In this document: positions 25,473 to 39,200 of the stretch, one piece after another | How positions within the stretch are numbered: the first letter of the stretch is position 1 | Layout of the letters: each line of letters begins with the position of its first letter | NCBI GenBank assembly: GCA_003693705.1 | Contig: RBZT01000415.1 | Location: forward strand, 62,001 to 126,000 | From: Polymyxa betae A26-41 | Taxonomy: Eukaryota; Protista; Endomyxa: Phytomyxea | Direction: 5' to 3' | Length of the DNA: 64,000 nucleotides | Notes under the pieces: model-generated | What the model was told of the DNA's origin: nothing | The model's input: the letters and a program-made list of their open reading frames with translations, nothing else | The model's database searches: none | Made by a program: the position numbers and the translations under genes

Positions 25473-27225
25473 CAAGATCCCGATAGAGAATGAACCGATT
25501 GGATCACTAAGCCTCTGTCACCCCTCTATGATCTGTATTGCTCGCAATAAATCACCCTCTGATCTTTTATAACAATACAGCTTCTGTAAACTGATTCTGG
25601 AAGCGTTTTGCAGTTTGTATCGTCCTCTCGCTATCGCGATTAGATTCAGTTTCCATTGATAACTGAATTTTTCTTGCTGGTGACCAGTCGTTCGAAAGTC
25701 GCAGACAGGTTGTTCCAATCTTGTTTTGACTGTGTGGCTAGATATCTGACACTACCAACTGCGTCTCAGCCGTGATGCTTTCTTTGCTAATAATAATCTC
25801 AGGAATGTCGTCCCATTAAATGATTAAAAATGTATCAGAAGCAATGTTCAATGCTATCATTTCCGATAATGACAATAAGAGGAGGTCGGGTTTGTATTTT
25901 CGTTGATTTACTGCCAGCTATATATGTTGATGGTTAATATGCTGTCATTAAGAGCAGCTTTCTATTGTCATGAAAACACAGTACGGAATGAAGAGAACTC
26001 GGTGCATGCAGTATTGTTTCAAAATACCAGGTAGAAAAGATATATTGTAACAATGCAGACTTTTAGTCTGATAGAAGCATGTACTTCAATGAGACAAGAG
26101 CATTACTCTAATTAAACCCACTGCTAGCGATATTCCTCGTTGAGCGTCTTTGAAATCGAAATTTTATCTTTTCGTTTACAGATCAGGTCCGGATAAAACA
26201 GCTATATACCATACATAGATGTGGAAAGGTGATCGAGTTTAGCCACTAGTGATTAGAAGACTGCTCATGATTCGATAAATTTAACTTCTCTGATCAATTT
26301 GCAGTATATTACCGATTACGATTAGTACAGCCAGTTGTAATTCGATATGAAAAAGATAGCGACAAGAGCTACTGCATTTATTAAAAAAAAATGACAACCG
26401 GCTTCGGACAGCATTGCCTAATCATGAGTTAGATCAGCTTATATTGTCAACAGAAAAACAGGAAAATAAAAGTAGTGATAGTGATGTTTTCTCAGTCATA
26501 TCTCATATCCAAACGCTCTTTGTCCAAGGATGATCCGAACTGTGCTCTCCACCGAATATGTTGTGAAAATGAGTGATAGCGCCCAACAGTCAAAGCGACA
26601 ACCAGAGCAAAGAGACACAAACGGTGTGGACACGAGCCAGCTCGGTATCAAATCCAAGGCCTCGCGGTAAAATGCGTAATCATCGAGAAAGCCAAACCAT
26701 CGTCAGAAGGCGACAGATCTTACCTTACACAACGTCGTCACGCCAACGGCGACTTCTATACTCGACGATAACGAGATAATGAATGAGACGAGAGAGAGAA
26801 GCTGAACCTGACGGAACTCGGATATACGGACTGCGCTCGCAGTAAAGGCCAAGGAGATTACGTACATGAGGCAGTTTGGATAAAGGTAACTTTGCTATGT
26901 GATGAAGAGCATCAAAATCACATTCAAACAAGCACGTCTATGCTATAAAAAAAAGAAATCTTTCTTCTATATAAATGGAAACGACTTCCTCATACTCACA
27001 AACTGATAAGAGCCATCGAATAGAGAAAAAGCTGGTGTCTGTGAGAGCCCGTCTAAGCGATTTGAAAAGTTGGTAGAGGACGCCAGAATTTGGTTCGTGT
27101 AATGGCGTTTAAAAGGGCAGATTTGGTGATTATATGAGGAGGTTCTTAAAGAATCCGTGGTAGAACTCCGTGACGGACTCCGACATCGTCTTCGGTCGTT
27201 CCCAATCTCTCTTCTCGACGACACG

Positions 27226-27774
27226 ATGACCAAATACAGCTGGTCGGCGCCTGTCCCTGAGAAGTCGGTTCGGGCTTCGGGCTCGTACCTGCGTGTTCAC
27301 TTCAAGAACACCCATGAGACCGCCATGGCTGTCAAGAACATGACGCTGCCGGGCGCTATCAAATACATGAACGACGTCATCGCCCACAAGGACGTCATTC
27401 CCTTCCGCCGATTCAACGGCGGTGTTGGCCGACACGCGCAAGGCAAAAAGTACGGTGTCACACAATGTCGCTGGCCCGAGAAGTCCTGCAAATTCCTTTT
27501 GGGATTGCTGACCAATGCCACGGCTAACGCTGAGGCTCAAGGACAGGACCCCAAGACCATGATCATCTCGCACATCCAGGTGAACGCCGCTCCCATGCAG
27601 CGCCGCCGTACTTACCGAGCCCATGGTCGTATCAACCCGTACATGTCATGCCCATCCCACATCGAGCTGGTCTGCACCCAGCAAGACTCTCAGGTCAAGA
27701 AGGGTGAAGTCTCCGTCGCCAAGCAGGGTCGTAAGCGTCAGCCTCGGCTGGTTCAGGGTCAGACCGGATTTTAA
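27226..27774 (+). CDS. RPL17: 60S ribosomal protein L17 (uL22); intronless, 182 aa
   Basis: Motifs YLRVHFKNTHETA, IPFRRFNGGVGRHAQ, RWPEKS, RRRTYRAHGRINPYMSCPSHIEL. Strong C-ending codon bias. Confidence 0.98.
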   Translation: MTKYSWSAPVPEKSVRASGSYLRVHFKNTHETAMAVKNMTLPGAIKYMNDVIAHKDVIPFRRFNGGVGRHAQGKKYGVTQCRWPEKSCKFLLGLLTNATANAEAQGQDPKTMIISHIQVNAAPMQRRRTYRAHGRINPYMSCPSHIELVCTQQDSQVKKGEVSVAKQGRKRQPRLVQGQTGF

Positions 27775-28008
27775 GTCCGATCACTCGTTTTAAAAATACA
27801 ATGATCGTTTTCTAATCCAATAGTGCATGTGCTTCAATCTTTAATTAATCGGCATCCGCTGTCGGTCTTCGAAGAGAGATGCCATTACGACCCTCAGGCA
27901 GCCGTTGAGCAGTTGAAGATCACCATTATCGTCTGTCTGCTTGCAGATGGGGGCGCAGCCTTATGGGGTCTTGGGGTGTATGATGGGCTGACCATGGTCC
28001 AGGTATAA

Positions 28009-30217
28009 ATGCCCACCCGATCAGCTCTTATACAATACCATCTCTATGCCTGGCGACGATTCCGTTGGCTTCTCATCGAGAACTGGATCATCAACTATCT
28101 TTTGCCGGGCCTGGCCGAGTTCCTTCCCTGGTTTCTATCGCGACGTCATGTTGCTCAACGTCTTCGTCAATCGCGCTCCACTATAGAGCACACCGTTATT
28201 GGCGGCACCCTTCCAAGACGTCTAATTGTTTCCTATCTTTGCAAGGCTCTGCTATATAGCTCTCTATGCGCTCTGGATTCCTACCTTCGCAACGACGTCG
28301 CTCGACGCTCTCGCGCCGTCCTCGAGCGCCAACTGCTGCAGCGTCTGATGTCGACAGATCTGCAGGCGATTAATGCAGTTTATAAGCGTCTGTATGGATT
28401 GGAGACGCGAACTGATTTAGTCTACAAACGTATCTGCACCGATCTCGATTTAATCAGCGAGACCGTTAATACGACTCTTCCTGGCGCCGTTCGCAATCTC
28501 GTCGTTTTCGCCCGATCGCTGGCCGACATCTACCCAAGACGACATCAGGTCGATGCCCTGGCCGTCCTTCGCCCAACCATGGTTGCCGTTGCAGCTGATC
28601 TTTATTCAAGACTGCAACAGACCTTGCTGCCGTGCTCAACGCCCAATTCACAACCCCATGACGACCTGGTGGCGACCATCGTGGAGAGACTGGCTGAAAT
28701 TCAGGGTGCCAACCTACAGAATTCTCATCTCAGTTTGCTGGATAAAGTGGCCGAAGCCACCGGAGCTTGGCAACAACTGATTGGTGCCGGTTTCAATCAA
28801 GTCAGCAAAGCTATCTCCGGCCACTCAGTCATCGAGTTTGCCACCGAAGTCAGCCGCAATCATTCTTTATTTTATATTTCTTTGGAATTTTTTTGTAGTT
28901 TTTTATCTTTATTAGAATAATATCTCTTTTCCGCTCATGGATAATTTGTCAAACATTGTCTTTGCAATTTGTCCACCTTTTTTGAATATTTTGCAGGCTC
29001 TGATGGCCCGGCGCGTCATGGCGAGGGCCCAGATTGATCACGAGACGTATCGCAAGGTTCAGATCGATGTGGACTACAGTGTCAACATTCTACGAAAAGC
29101 CGCAAGCCTTTTCTACCAAGCGTATCAAGGCATCGAACAGTCTGCTGGATTCGCTGCCATTCTGTCGCTGAAAACTTTCCGAACTTCATCACCTCCCAGG
29201 AAAAAGGCACAATACTTTTCGTATTCGATGCTTCGACTAATTATCGGAATCAGAACCTTAGCTTCAATGCAATTTGTATTAACAGCGTCTGTTACAATTA
29301 CGACAGCAGCAGCTCGCCTGCATTGAACATTACGATGCCGATAACGTTCGAATCTGGATGCACCTACGCTTTGTTGGGTCCTGTAAGGACTGTGATTATT
29401 GAATCTCAGCCTTCGATTGATCGCTGCAACAGAACGGAGCCGGGAAGTCGACTTTGATTCGTGTTCTAATGAAGCTGTTGCCTCCGGGACCCCAAAGCCG
29501 TATAACCGTGGACGGTGTACCATTCACATCCATCGAGCGATACACATATCGTCGTCACATTGGTTATGTATCTCAGCGTGCGTACCTACTTCCCGGCTCT
29601 ATTGCTGACAATATTCGCATCGGACATCCATTTGCTACTGAGCAGCAAGGTCAGCAATTGATTGTTGATTATCTGCTTTCTGATGTTCTGCAGTCGAGGA
29701 GGCAGCGAGACTAGCCGGCCTGTTTTTATTCGAAAACCACAGTGCGTCTTTGGATGGTGATCAGGTTTTGCCAGATTTCCAAGAACTGGTTGCATTGGCG
29801 GTGTCGCTGACAGAGAGATCAGCGAAAACAACCTCGCAAATCCTCCAGCAGCCAATTGATTCGATACCAATTTCAGGAAGCATGGCTCAGGCCATTGCCT
29901 TGTCCAGAGTATTTCTATCGGACAAAAATGTTCGGGTTATTATCCTGGACGAAGCGTTAGCACTAATAGATACATCAAAAGTCCATTCGTTCGTCTGGCC
30001 GAATCTGGTCGGTTTCGCGCGAAAGCGTGGCATGACGATAATCGTGGCGACCAGTGACCCGTTCGTGTTCGAGCAAGCAGATTTTGTAGCTATAATGGAG
30101 GCAGGTGAAGTGGTAGATTATGGCTCTCCAAATGAGCTTCTTCAAGCAAGAAAGCCTTCTTACCTTCGCTTTCGAGGTCTTACTGACAGAATTGATACAA
30201 CTGTCGATCAGTTGTAG
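28009..30217 (+). CDS. Divergent ABC half-transporter-like protein (ABCB-like NBD); multi-exon
   Basis: Spliced Walker A LLGP|NGAGKST, Q-loop IGYVSQ..GSIADNIRIG, Walker B VIILDEA and MEAGEVVDYGSPNELL. The N-terminal region is partly hydrophobic. Confidence 0.8.
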
Positions 30218-30397
30218 GCTACTCCGGCTTCATTAATTGGTCTCGGGATTCGACCTACAATGAGATACGAAGACCCCAGAAATAAGGCAAAACTGTTTCC
30301 AACTGGCGGACAAGGTGATAAGAGACATTGATGATTGCACCCTGGTTGAGGTACAAATAAGGCTGTTACAATCGATTTAATTACAGTAGTGAATACA

Positions 30398-32858
30398 TTA
30401 ACCAAGACGCCGAATTTCACAATTATCTCCAAGGCGTCGTTCTCGAATTCTGATATTACCCTGATCAGCAAGGAAATCTACCACACGCTTGAATTCGTTC
30501 CATTGCAAGTTTTCAGCATCAGCGGGAAGAGCTTCATTAAACTTCCGAAGCAGATGCACCCCGCGAATAGTTGATGAAGGCAGCTGATCGACAACAGTCG
30601 ATAGTGTAGCGGCTTGTTTAGCAATTTCTTGACGCATGGACGAAGACATTCCGGTGATAAACGTATCCATATCTATCATACCTGTCTTCGGGTCGGTTGC
30701 CGATTGCCTAGAAGCAGCATTAGACCAGCACATGTTCATGAGATAAATTCAGGAAACGAGACAGCATGAATCAAGAACAAAAAAGAAAACAAGAACCAAC
30801 GCACCCAATCGATACATCCATCAAACGTAATGCTTCCCGAACGTGATCCACCTCAACAACCGGTGATAACCGCATCTTGGCTAGAGCCTCAGACAAGCGA
30901 ATCAACGAATCAAGCTGTCGAGGAGTGGCTGTGATAATTGATCGGTTAGCGGTATGCCCCATCGATCTCATACGAACATATCCTTGAACAAGTTCATTAG
31001 CAGCACCATCGGTTAAGACAGGGGAGACGTGCTCTCGAGCGTAAGAAATATACGCTGTAAGCAACTCGATAGGGATTGTTTCTGAACGATTGACGGCTGA
31101 ATGGACGTCCTCACTAAAATACATTGATATCAAATGCGATGCCAACCGTCGGTCGTTGGCCTCATTGACAGCGTCAAGGGTTAAATAGACCAAGTCGAAA
31201 CGCGAAAGCAAAGTCGGAGGAAGCTGGATGTTTTCCACGACGCTTAAGTTCGGATCGTATTTCGAATGCAACGGATTGGCGGCAGCCAGCACTGACGTTC
31301 GCGCATTCAACGTGGCGATAATTCCCGCTTTAGCAATCGAGACGGTTTGTTGTTCCATAACTTCGTGCAAGATAGAGCGAGTCGTAGAAGACATCTTATC
31401 GAATTCGTCAATGCAGCAAATACCTTGATCTGAGAGGACCAATGCACCCGATTCCATCACAAATTCCTTCGTGATCGGATCACGAACGACATAGGCAGTT
31501 AAGCCTACGGCTGAAGAACCTTTACCACTGGTAAAAATACCACGAGGCGCTATTGAATGTACATATTGTAACAGCTGGGACTTGGCAGTACCAGGATCAC
31601 CACACAGCAGAACGTTGATTTCACCTCGGAATCGGCCAGCCCCAGATTGCGAAAATTCTTTGTTAGCGCCTCCGAATAGCTGGCATAACAGCCCTTTTTT
31701 GATGTCTTCGTGTCCCCAAATAGAAGGTGCAACTGATGCTGTCAATAATTCATAACAGTCAGGGCGAGATCCAAGTTCTCGTAACTGGGCATGACGAGCT
31801 TCAATGACAGCTTGCACCTCAGCGTTTTCATCTTGATCGAATCTGTGAGCACCTTCTGCCGAAAGCCGAGATGCGTCTGTAATCTTGAAATGGATGCCGT
31901 CCAAGTAAGTCTTATAAACTGTCCGAACCGTTCGCTTTTTCATACTGAGACGAACAGGCACCGCACGAAAGATCCCGGTGACAGTAATGCGGTCACCAGG
32001 GCGAACCATGTCGACAAGGTCGTTGAAAGCATAAACGTCAATAGTTTGAGGCGTCTCACCTTCTGGGATGCATTCAGGCGCTTCTTGCAGACGAAGAAGT
32101 TGTTTGTCGCCAAATTCGCAACGGTTATGGAGAATTTGTAAAGAATCTCGAGTTCGGCAAGAGCCACAGCGTGAAGGCTGAACAATGGCGCCGCGATCGA
32201 CATCGATGACAATGTCGGCGTCACAAACGTGACAGCGAAAATAACCTCGAGTCATATCGGGGATGACAGGGCCGACACGAACGACCATGCCTCGAAGAGC
32301 GACTAATTTATCGAGATCGACAGGATCTAGTAAACGTAATGATTGCTGCTCGAGAAGATTGTAAGGCCTGACTTGAGCCGTAATCTGACCGAAGGCGTCA
32401 TCAATGCGGAGCTCTTCCAGAAAATTATTGATAACAACATCAAAAGCAGGTACAATCTCCTGCGGGTATGTGATTAATTGTTTGTAAAGTTCAGGAGCCC
32501 ATGAATGCAGATCACGACAATCTAAACCAATAGCAGAAGCAGAAGCGGTCTGCATTTCTGATAATAGCGGGGGATACTTGGGCGAGCCTGTGCGCTCATC
32601 AACAAATCTTTCAATAAATTCCTTAAATTGTTGTGTGGCAAGATTGACATCGACGGTAGTTCCCCAAACCACCGATTGCTCGTTGCCCGAAGAAGACATT
32701 AATGGGCGTTGAGGTAACCGACCATAAAGTTCGCCTCGGCGTGATCCTGCAGAACCCAGCGGCGTTCGGGGCACAACTGTCGACGATGCCGACATAGGAG
32801 ACGATGGCCCGCCTCCATAACGCAGCGGCGACGACGAACGAGCTGGTGATAGCGCCAT
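30398..32858 (-). CDS. MCM4: DNA replication licensing factor MCM4; one intron near the 3' end
   Basis: S/T-P-rich N-tail, VVWGT, C4 zinc finger, GDPGTAKSQ, CCIDEFDKM, LLSRFDL, TPRQL, and the MCM4-type SATDPKTGMIDMD. Confidence 0.96.
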
Positions 32859-33322
32859 TGCTACGCACCCTATTGATGTTAGGAAGAATTTCTAGAGGGA
32901 TACTGCGTGCTTGAGCATTTCTTGAAGCGCAACCATCTCTACCAATCGGGAGTTGGGTTGTCTGGCTGACTGGATATTACCTCAGTAATGGGTCTGAGCT
33001 CTGGGTAGGATGACACGATTGGCTACAGCAATGCAGTGTTGCATGGTTGGATTTGCAATGACGCGTGGGTTTATAAACTGCAGAGTGTTCTTTGATAACT
33101 GGAAAAACATGTAGACATCTGTTACTGTGATGCTGTCATCCTCCCGAAGCCATTTCTGACTGCTATCAGATACAGCAGTGCAGGGAAATAGCAGACAGGT
33201 CAGAGTCTAACTGGGACGATGACAGAACCCTATAGAGTGACATGCCTCGAAATCCAGACCATTAATGATACCTATCTAAAGAGTGAAGCCCCACCGTCAT
33301 TTATCTCATTATCGTATCCACT

Positions 33323-34457
33323 ATGAACTTTAGCTTTGTTTTCTGGCTATGCCTATTTTGGCAGATTACCTGTTCGTCTGACATCGGTTCCATACCTGAG
33401 GCTCCATCTACAGCATCTGAATTCGCTTTGAAGCAGGAACCTCGTGTTGCCGATTCGATTCAGCGAAAAGACACCGACTCGGTAATTGTTCTCTTTTTAT
33501 ACTATATTGTGCTTACGCTGGGGCTAGAATGATAGTCGTGTTTGGCGATTAGACGCTCCTGGAAAATTTGTTGATGCTGTTTTCAAATCATCCCCGGCAG
33601 TCTCTGGATCCGAAATCGCGTTGGTTCGTGAGCTTCAACAAGACGAACATATACCAGGATTGTCGAGAGATTATCACCCAGATCATCGCCCAGTGTCCCA
33701 TCATCAATTATACGTCCAGTCTGGCTGCGGTTCCCCTAAGAGCCGGCGTGCTATTGGGCCTCCAATTGAAGGATGTTGTCGTCATGGGCATACGTACTAT
33801 ATGGCAACAGCGGCAGGCGATTACATCTTGTCGTCGTCTCTGGTCTTTTCTGAGCCCAATTCTGTTATTCAGATCATCATAACTTGGACCAGTTTCCAAT
33901 TACGCCATGAAATTTCTCGCTTGAGCTACAACTTTGAGAACGACTGCAAAGCTCATCATATTGCAGTCGGGGGATTCAATTTTGTAACGAGCTTGCCTTA
34001 TTATGACTGTCCTTGGGTGTCAGCTGTGCCAAATCCTACCGGGACTTTGATAGCATCGCTGCATCATTCTGCTTCGAGCACCGACCCATACGAGCTTGAC
34101 GTGGAGATCCTCATTGCTGCACCTGGATACACTCCTGCTATTTTCAAGACGAAGTTGGATTTTTACAAGGTCCAGTTTGAAGCTGCCATGTACTACCATT
34201 GGACTGACCACAACATATTTCGAATGTATGGAGGATCTTCTGCATTTGAAATTAACGTTTACCCAAACACTTCTGGTGTTCCTTCAACCGTTGTTCCTAT
34301 TCCATTTAATCGAGCCGTCAGAAAATTACCGAAGACGAGCAGCTGCCGTGTCGCCCAACATGGCGAAACCGTTCTGGTATTAGACAGAGATGATGAATTT
34401 GAACCGAAAGAAATATCCAACACACTTGATAAACCTTTCGGAGTCCCTCTGCACTAA
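33323..34457 (+). CDS. Predicted secreted orphan protein (~362 aa); 2 exons
   Basis: Signal-peptide-like MNFSFVFWLCLFWQITCS. Intron 33482-33527 (GT..AG, phase 0) joins exon 1 to the 33528-34457 frame. No further TM and no recognised domain. Confidence 0.7.
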
Positions 34458-34786
34458 AACTATTGACTGATTCTATGTATTGAAGTATCTTGCTGCAATA
34501 AACTCATTTATAATCACTGAGCGATGTGAATGCTGATCACGCCAGCCAGACCTTTTCGTTTATTTTTTCTCGAAATTAGCTTGATGTCACAAGCACAGAC
34601 CATTGATTTGATGCTGTACCTAACAACATCGAAATTATCGGAGTCATTACAGTTCTTGACTTGGTAATTAACATGATGGTAAACAGCAGTTCACAATAGT
34701 AACATTGTCAGAGCAAGTCATATGAGCTTTCGACGCAATTTTGTCGTCGTCGCTTCTGCCTGCTGTGCCAGGCTTCCCTCGCCTAG

Positions 34787-35668
34787 ATGAATCTATTCGG
34801 CAAGCAGCCTTCATCTGATGAACAGTTGAAGAAATGGCTCACCACGCTCAGAAAGGAATGTCGGAACGTCGATTCGGAAATTCGCAGTCTGTGTCGTATT
34901 TTATACTGCCCTATTCGTTTTAATAAGGCTTTTGCAGAAATCGAACGAGAACAGAGCAAGCTTAAACAGCAGATTAAGGCGTCGGCCAAAAAGAATGATA
35001 TGTCCAGCGCCAAAATCATGGCTAAGGCCATTGCTAAGTCTAACAAATCTGTCGAGCGACTGCATGCAAACAAAGCACATATTAATTCGGTCTTTCCCTA
35101 CTTCAAAATATTGTTATATGATCTTAATAACCGTTTAGGTCGCCATGCAATTGAAGGAGCAACAAACAACTTTGAAGGTACATTCCGGGAGGTTATTACT
35201 GTTCATAACAAAACTAACGATGTTCCTTAGATTGTAGGCGCAATGCAACAGTCGACAAAAATCTTGGAAGGGATGTCTCGACTGCTTTCTATACAAAAAA
35301 TATCGGCTGTCAGCAGAGAAATGGCAAAAGAAATGGAAAAAGTAAGTGCGATTCGATTGGTCACATCCTTAATCGAGTAACCTTTAGCATTTCTCCACAT
35401 GCCGCCTTCAAACTTTAACATTTGATTAAAATAGGCCGGACTAATCGCCGAAATGATGGAGGACCAATTCGAAATCATTAATGATGACGTAGATGAAGCG
35501 GCTGATGAGGAAGCTGATAAAGTTCTCGACGAAGTATTGAATGGGAAACTTTCCCAGATTGCCACAGCCACGAGGCAAATCGAGAAACCCGATATTGATG
35601 CAGATATCGATTTTGAATCTCTTCAGAAAAGGATCGTCAATATTGGGCTTTCTAATGAAGCAATGTGA
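34787..35668 (+). CDS. VPS24: ESCRT-III subunit CHMP3/Vps24; multi-exon
   Basis: Motifs KKWLTTLRKECRNVD, AKIMAKAI..LHANKAHINSV, GAMQQSTKI, EMAKEMEK|AGLIAEMMED, and acidic EEADKVLDEV. Confidence 0.9.
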
Positions 35669-36265
35669 AATGGTGACGCTATCAGATTTGTGCAATTCCA
35701 ATCGCGATAATATTGAGATCATAACGAATAAAGAAGCTTATCGTGGGCTTTATTGCAGTCAACTATTCATACATCCTGGGCAGGTCTGCATCAATGATTG
35801 AAAGCAATATCAGAAATCGAGATTTGAGTAACGGCTTCCTGCCTCTAGAATGCGGGACTATTTTCTTTCAAGTAAATACATTTTAGTGTAATCATTTCAA
35901 AAATTCGTGTCTTGATGATGCTTAATCATTAGATTGCCGATACGTAGTACCATGGATAGCTGTACATTTTAGTCAAAAAATTAACCAGTTGGGGTGATTG
36001 GATTGCATTAGAGAAATACGGTTTTTTAATTCTGGAAAACAAAATCTGACTTTCCTAAAAATGAGTAGGAATTGTTTGTAACGGGGCAGATGCGCTTCCT
36101 GCTTAAATGTTCGGAATCTCGGCCAGATTTCACCTTAAGACTTTGTCATAATGTATGATGACTTTTAGCTGGCGGGACCCTTTCTACGATAATTTGCCAT
36201 TCAAAAGTTTGGGTGTGGTCCAGATGTGCTTCTAACCCGCATCATCGCTGATGATCAGATAGTCT

Positions 36266-39200
36266 ATGATCGGATCCTGGGAGGTGTCGTCGAGCCCGGC
36301 TTTGGCGAGCCTCGCTGAACAGAATGTGATCGTCTTTACTCGATCAGATTGCGTTTTATCTGTCTGGTCATTTGATACCGGGGAACGACAACGTCTGGAA
36401 TTCGATGCCGAAATTTTGGCATTGGATTGCGATCACGAACGCCTTCTTATCGGTCTCTCCTCTAATCGTTGTATATTATTCAAAAAGAATACCAATGGTA
36501 TTTTCGTCGAAGAGCGTGCTTATCCAATAAGCGAAGATCGCAGTATTATATCAGTTGTTCTAGGACCTGAATCGAGTTTCTACTATGCTACCTCATCTGA
36601 TATTTATTTTGGAAATGATGTTATCTACAGTGGTTCTATCTGCGGGAGGATTGCCCCCTCACCTGATCACAGATGGGTTGCATTCCGCTCAGATTCATCA
36701 GATTCCTTTCTTGTACATCGTAATGGCTTTAATCAAACACTAGCGCAAGGCCAAGGCTCAGTAAGATTTCACAACTATCTGTCGACAACTTTGATTCTCC
36801 TTGTATGCAACAGAGTGGCCACTATTTGGGTCGAAATCAATGATAGATTTGTGTCAGCTCTGAAGAAACGGGACGTTTGCTCTATAGCCCCCTTGGTTGA
36901 AGATACATCTTATTTTTGGATGGCGCATATTGATCACGATGGTTGCTTTGTAATAACGGCTGTCGACGGCCTTTGTTTAAGGCCTCGTCCGATCGTTATC
37001 AGTCTGGAATATTTTCGAATTTCGCTTTATGTCCAGATGCCTACTTGCACTACTTTCACATTGTTCTCCGTTGTCGCCCTTTTTACAAGCGAATCATCAT
37101 GGGAATCCCCACCTGGTGCCGAAGTCTCAAGCAAACACGAATATGCAGTAAGTGAATGAACAGATACCGCTATATTGGCATTCAACTGTATTTAGCCTGA
37201 TGTGTGTCAATTGGTCGCCATGGATCAACAGAATACCATCTGCTGCTGCTTGATTAGTATCCCAGAATGTACTGTTTCCGACGCTGATTTTTATGGTGGA
37301 CATTCTAGCTCAGTTCGCGCTCTCAAGTTCTCTCCTTGCTCACCGTTTGTTGCGTCAATTGATTCTCATGGAACGCTGCGCCTATTTAGCTTTTCACAAA
37401 CGCACCCTCTTTCAGGACTTGAACGCGATCTTCGCTCTGAGCTTCTGAACTGCTTGAGAACGTTTCCTGGCTCGTTCCTGGAATGCCATTGGCATTCGAC
37501 AACTTCCTCACTGTTTGCGGTTAAGCAAGTGTCAGAGGTCATTACTTTCTGTGTCATCTCCATGTCAAATGGTTTGGCTTCTTGGACCATATCAGAAATC
37601 GCAGAGCTGCCAAAGGACAGTATGTACTTTCAGATTGCTACCAAACCGTTAATTGGAATTGACGTCATTATCGCTGCAACAACTCGAAAGTCGACGTATC
37701 TATACCGGACGGAGGACCTAAACCGTGTAATTGATGTCTGTTCGGTTGGGATAGAAACCAATTTCAATGATATTCAATGTTTCGCTATGGGCGCGTATGA
37801 ATATGGTAACGGAAGCGAATGGGACAAGGTGACGATGGGAATGTTTTATGGATTCAAGAATGGTCTCTTAGTTCACCGAGTCATGGATATCGGTCCCGGG
37901 TCCTGTGTCTCAATAAGGCATGAGACTCATTTCAGTCATTCAGTTCGTGAACCGGTCTCTTCGATTAGCTTTTTTCCTGAATGCCATCGCGCTGTCACAC
38001 ATGCTGGCAACGAGGGTGCTGTCTGGGAGATCAGCCCGACACTGAATTTCTTGAATTGCATTCACATGTGCCCAATGCCCAGGCCTATCTCTGCATGCAG
38101 CTTAGGCGATGGCTTCATTCGTGTCGTTACAATGTCATTGTCCAATTCGCTTCTAACAATGTCCTTATTCAAGCCGAATCGGGATCGACTTCTGCGAGAA
38201 CATGAATTCTGCTACATTCGCTGGCAGCGTGACGACTTAGGGTTTCAGTTACCGTCTGGTGTGGCTGATTCTGAAATCACTGCACTTTCAGTTTCTCCGT
38301 TTGGTGACGTATTAGTTGCAGTTGGAAGAGTTACTCTCTTCATTTCTTCGTGCCATTCGCTTACAAAGGTCTGTGTTGTAGCTTTTTTTTCTCCTTTAAA
38401 ACTCAGCAAATTTAGGATCTGTCGACAATTGTACTGCCTGTGCAGCCATATCATCCGTCCTTTCTTACCGAGTTGCTGATGACCGGTCATATCAAACTGG
38501 CCTCTACTATAATTTCCTTGGTCTGTAAATCGGCAGGCTCCATTCCCTCAATTCCGTTTCCTTTATTACTGGGCTATGACAAGTCATTCCAGACATTCAC
38601 GTCCGATGATGTCTCCAGCCTTACTCGTGTTTTAACTGAGCGTTTGCTACCTTTTCTGACATCTCCTGAAAATATCCAGCTGCTGGCTGTCGCCCACACA
38701 ATCCTTGAGCTGAACGAGATTTCCAGGAGTGATATCGATCTTCCTGGTTTTCGATTCTTGATTGCAGCTCGGCTTTTTCAGTTTGAGTGCCGTTCACATC
38801 AGACTTGTCAACAACGACTGGAATGGGTTGATGTAGCATGGGCAATCCATTCTGGTTGCAAAGCTTCCCTTGCTAAGTTATCGTTACCCTGTGAAATTGT
38901 CGATTGGAAAACGTTATCTGCTCTGGGTGTTGGCTATTGGCTTGATTCACCAGATGAGCTTCGAAAGGTGATAGAAACCCTTGCTAAAGCTCAGGTCTGT
39001 TTTCTCTTTTTCTAATTTTCGTAATGCATTCAGTGATGATGTTTCAGTTTTTGAAAAATCGCAGCGCTTTAGCTGTGATGCCATGGTACCTGGCGCTGCA
39101 AAAGAAATCTGTATTTTTGGGTTTGCTGAAATCATCTGTTAAACAACGATCGATGTACAACTTCTTTGCGAATGATTTCTCGGATCCGCGATGGTGACTC

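Noticed and set aside
27130-27624. 164-aa antisense ORF over RPL17
   Set aside because: Expected shadow of strong codon bias. The same applies to 52777-53418, 53599-54006 and 63335-63529 opposite real genes.
36155-36251. ATGATGA...CTGA box C/D snoRNA-like spacing (also 17890-17910)
   Set aside because: No convincing terminal stem or rRNA guide of 10 nt or more. It lies in the probable Rav1 5' region.
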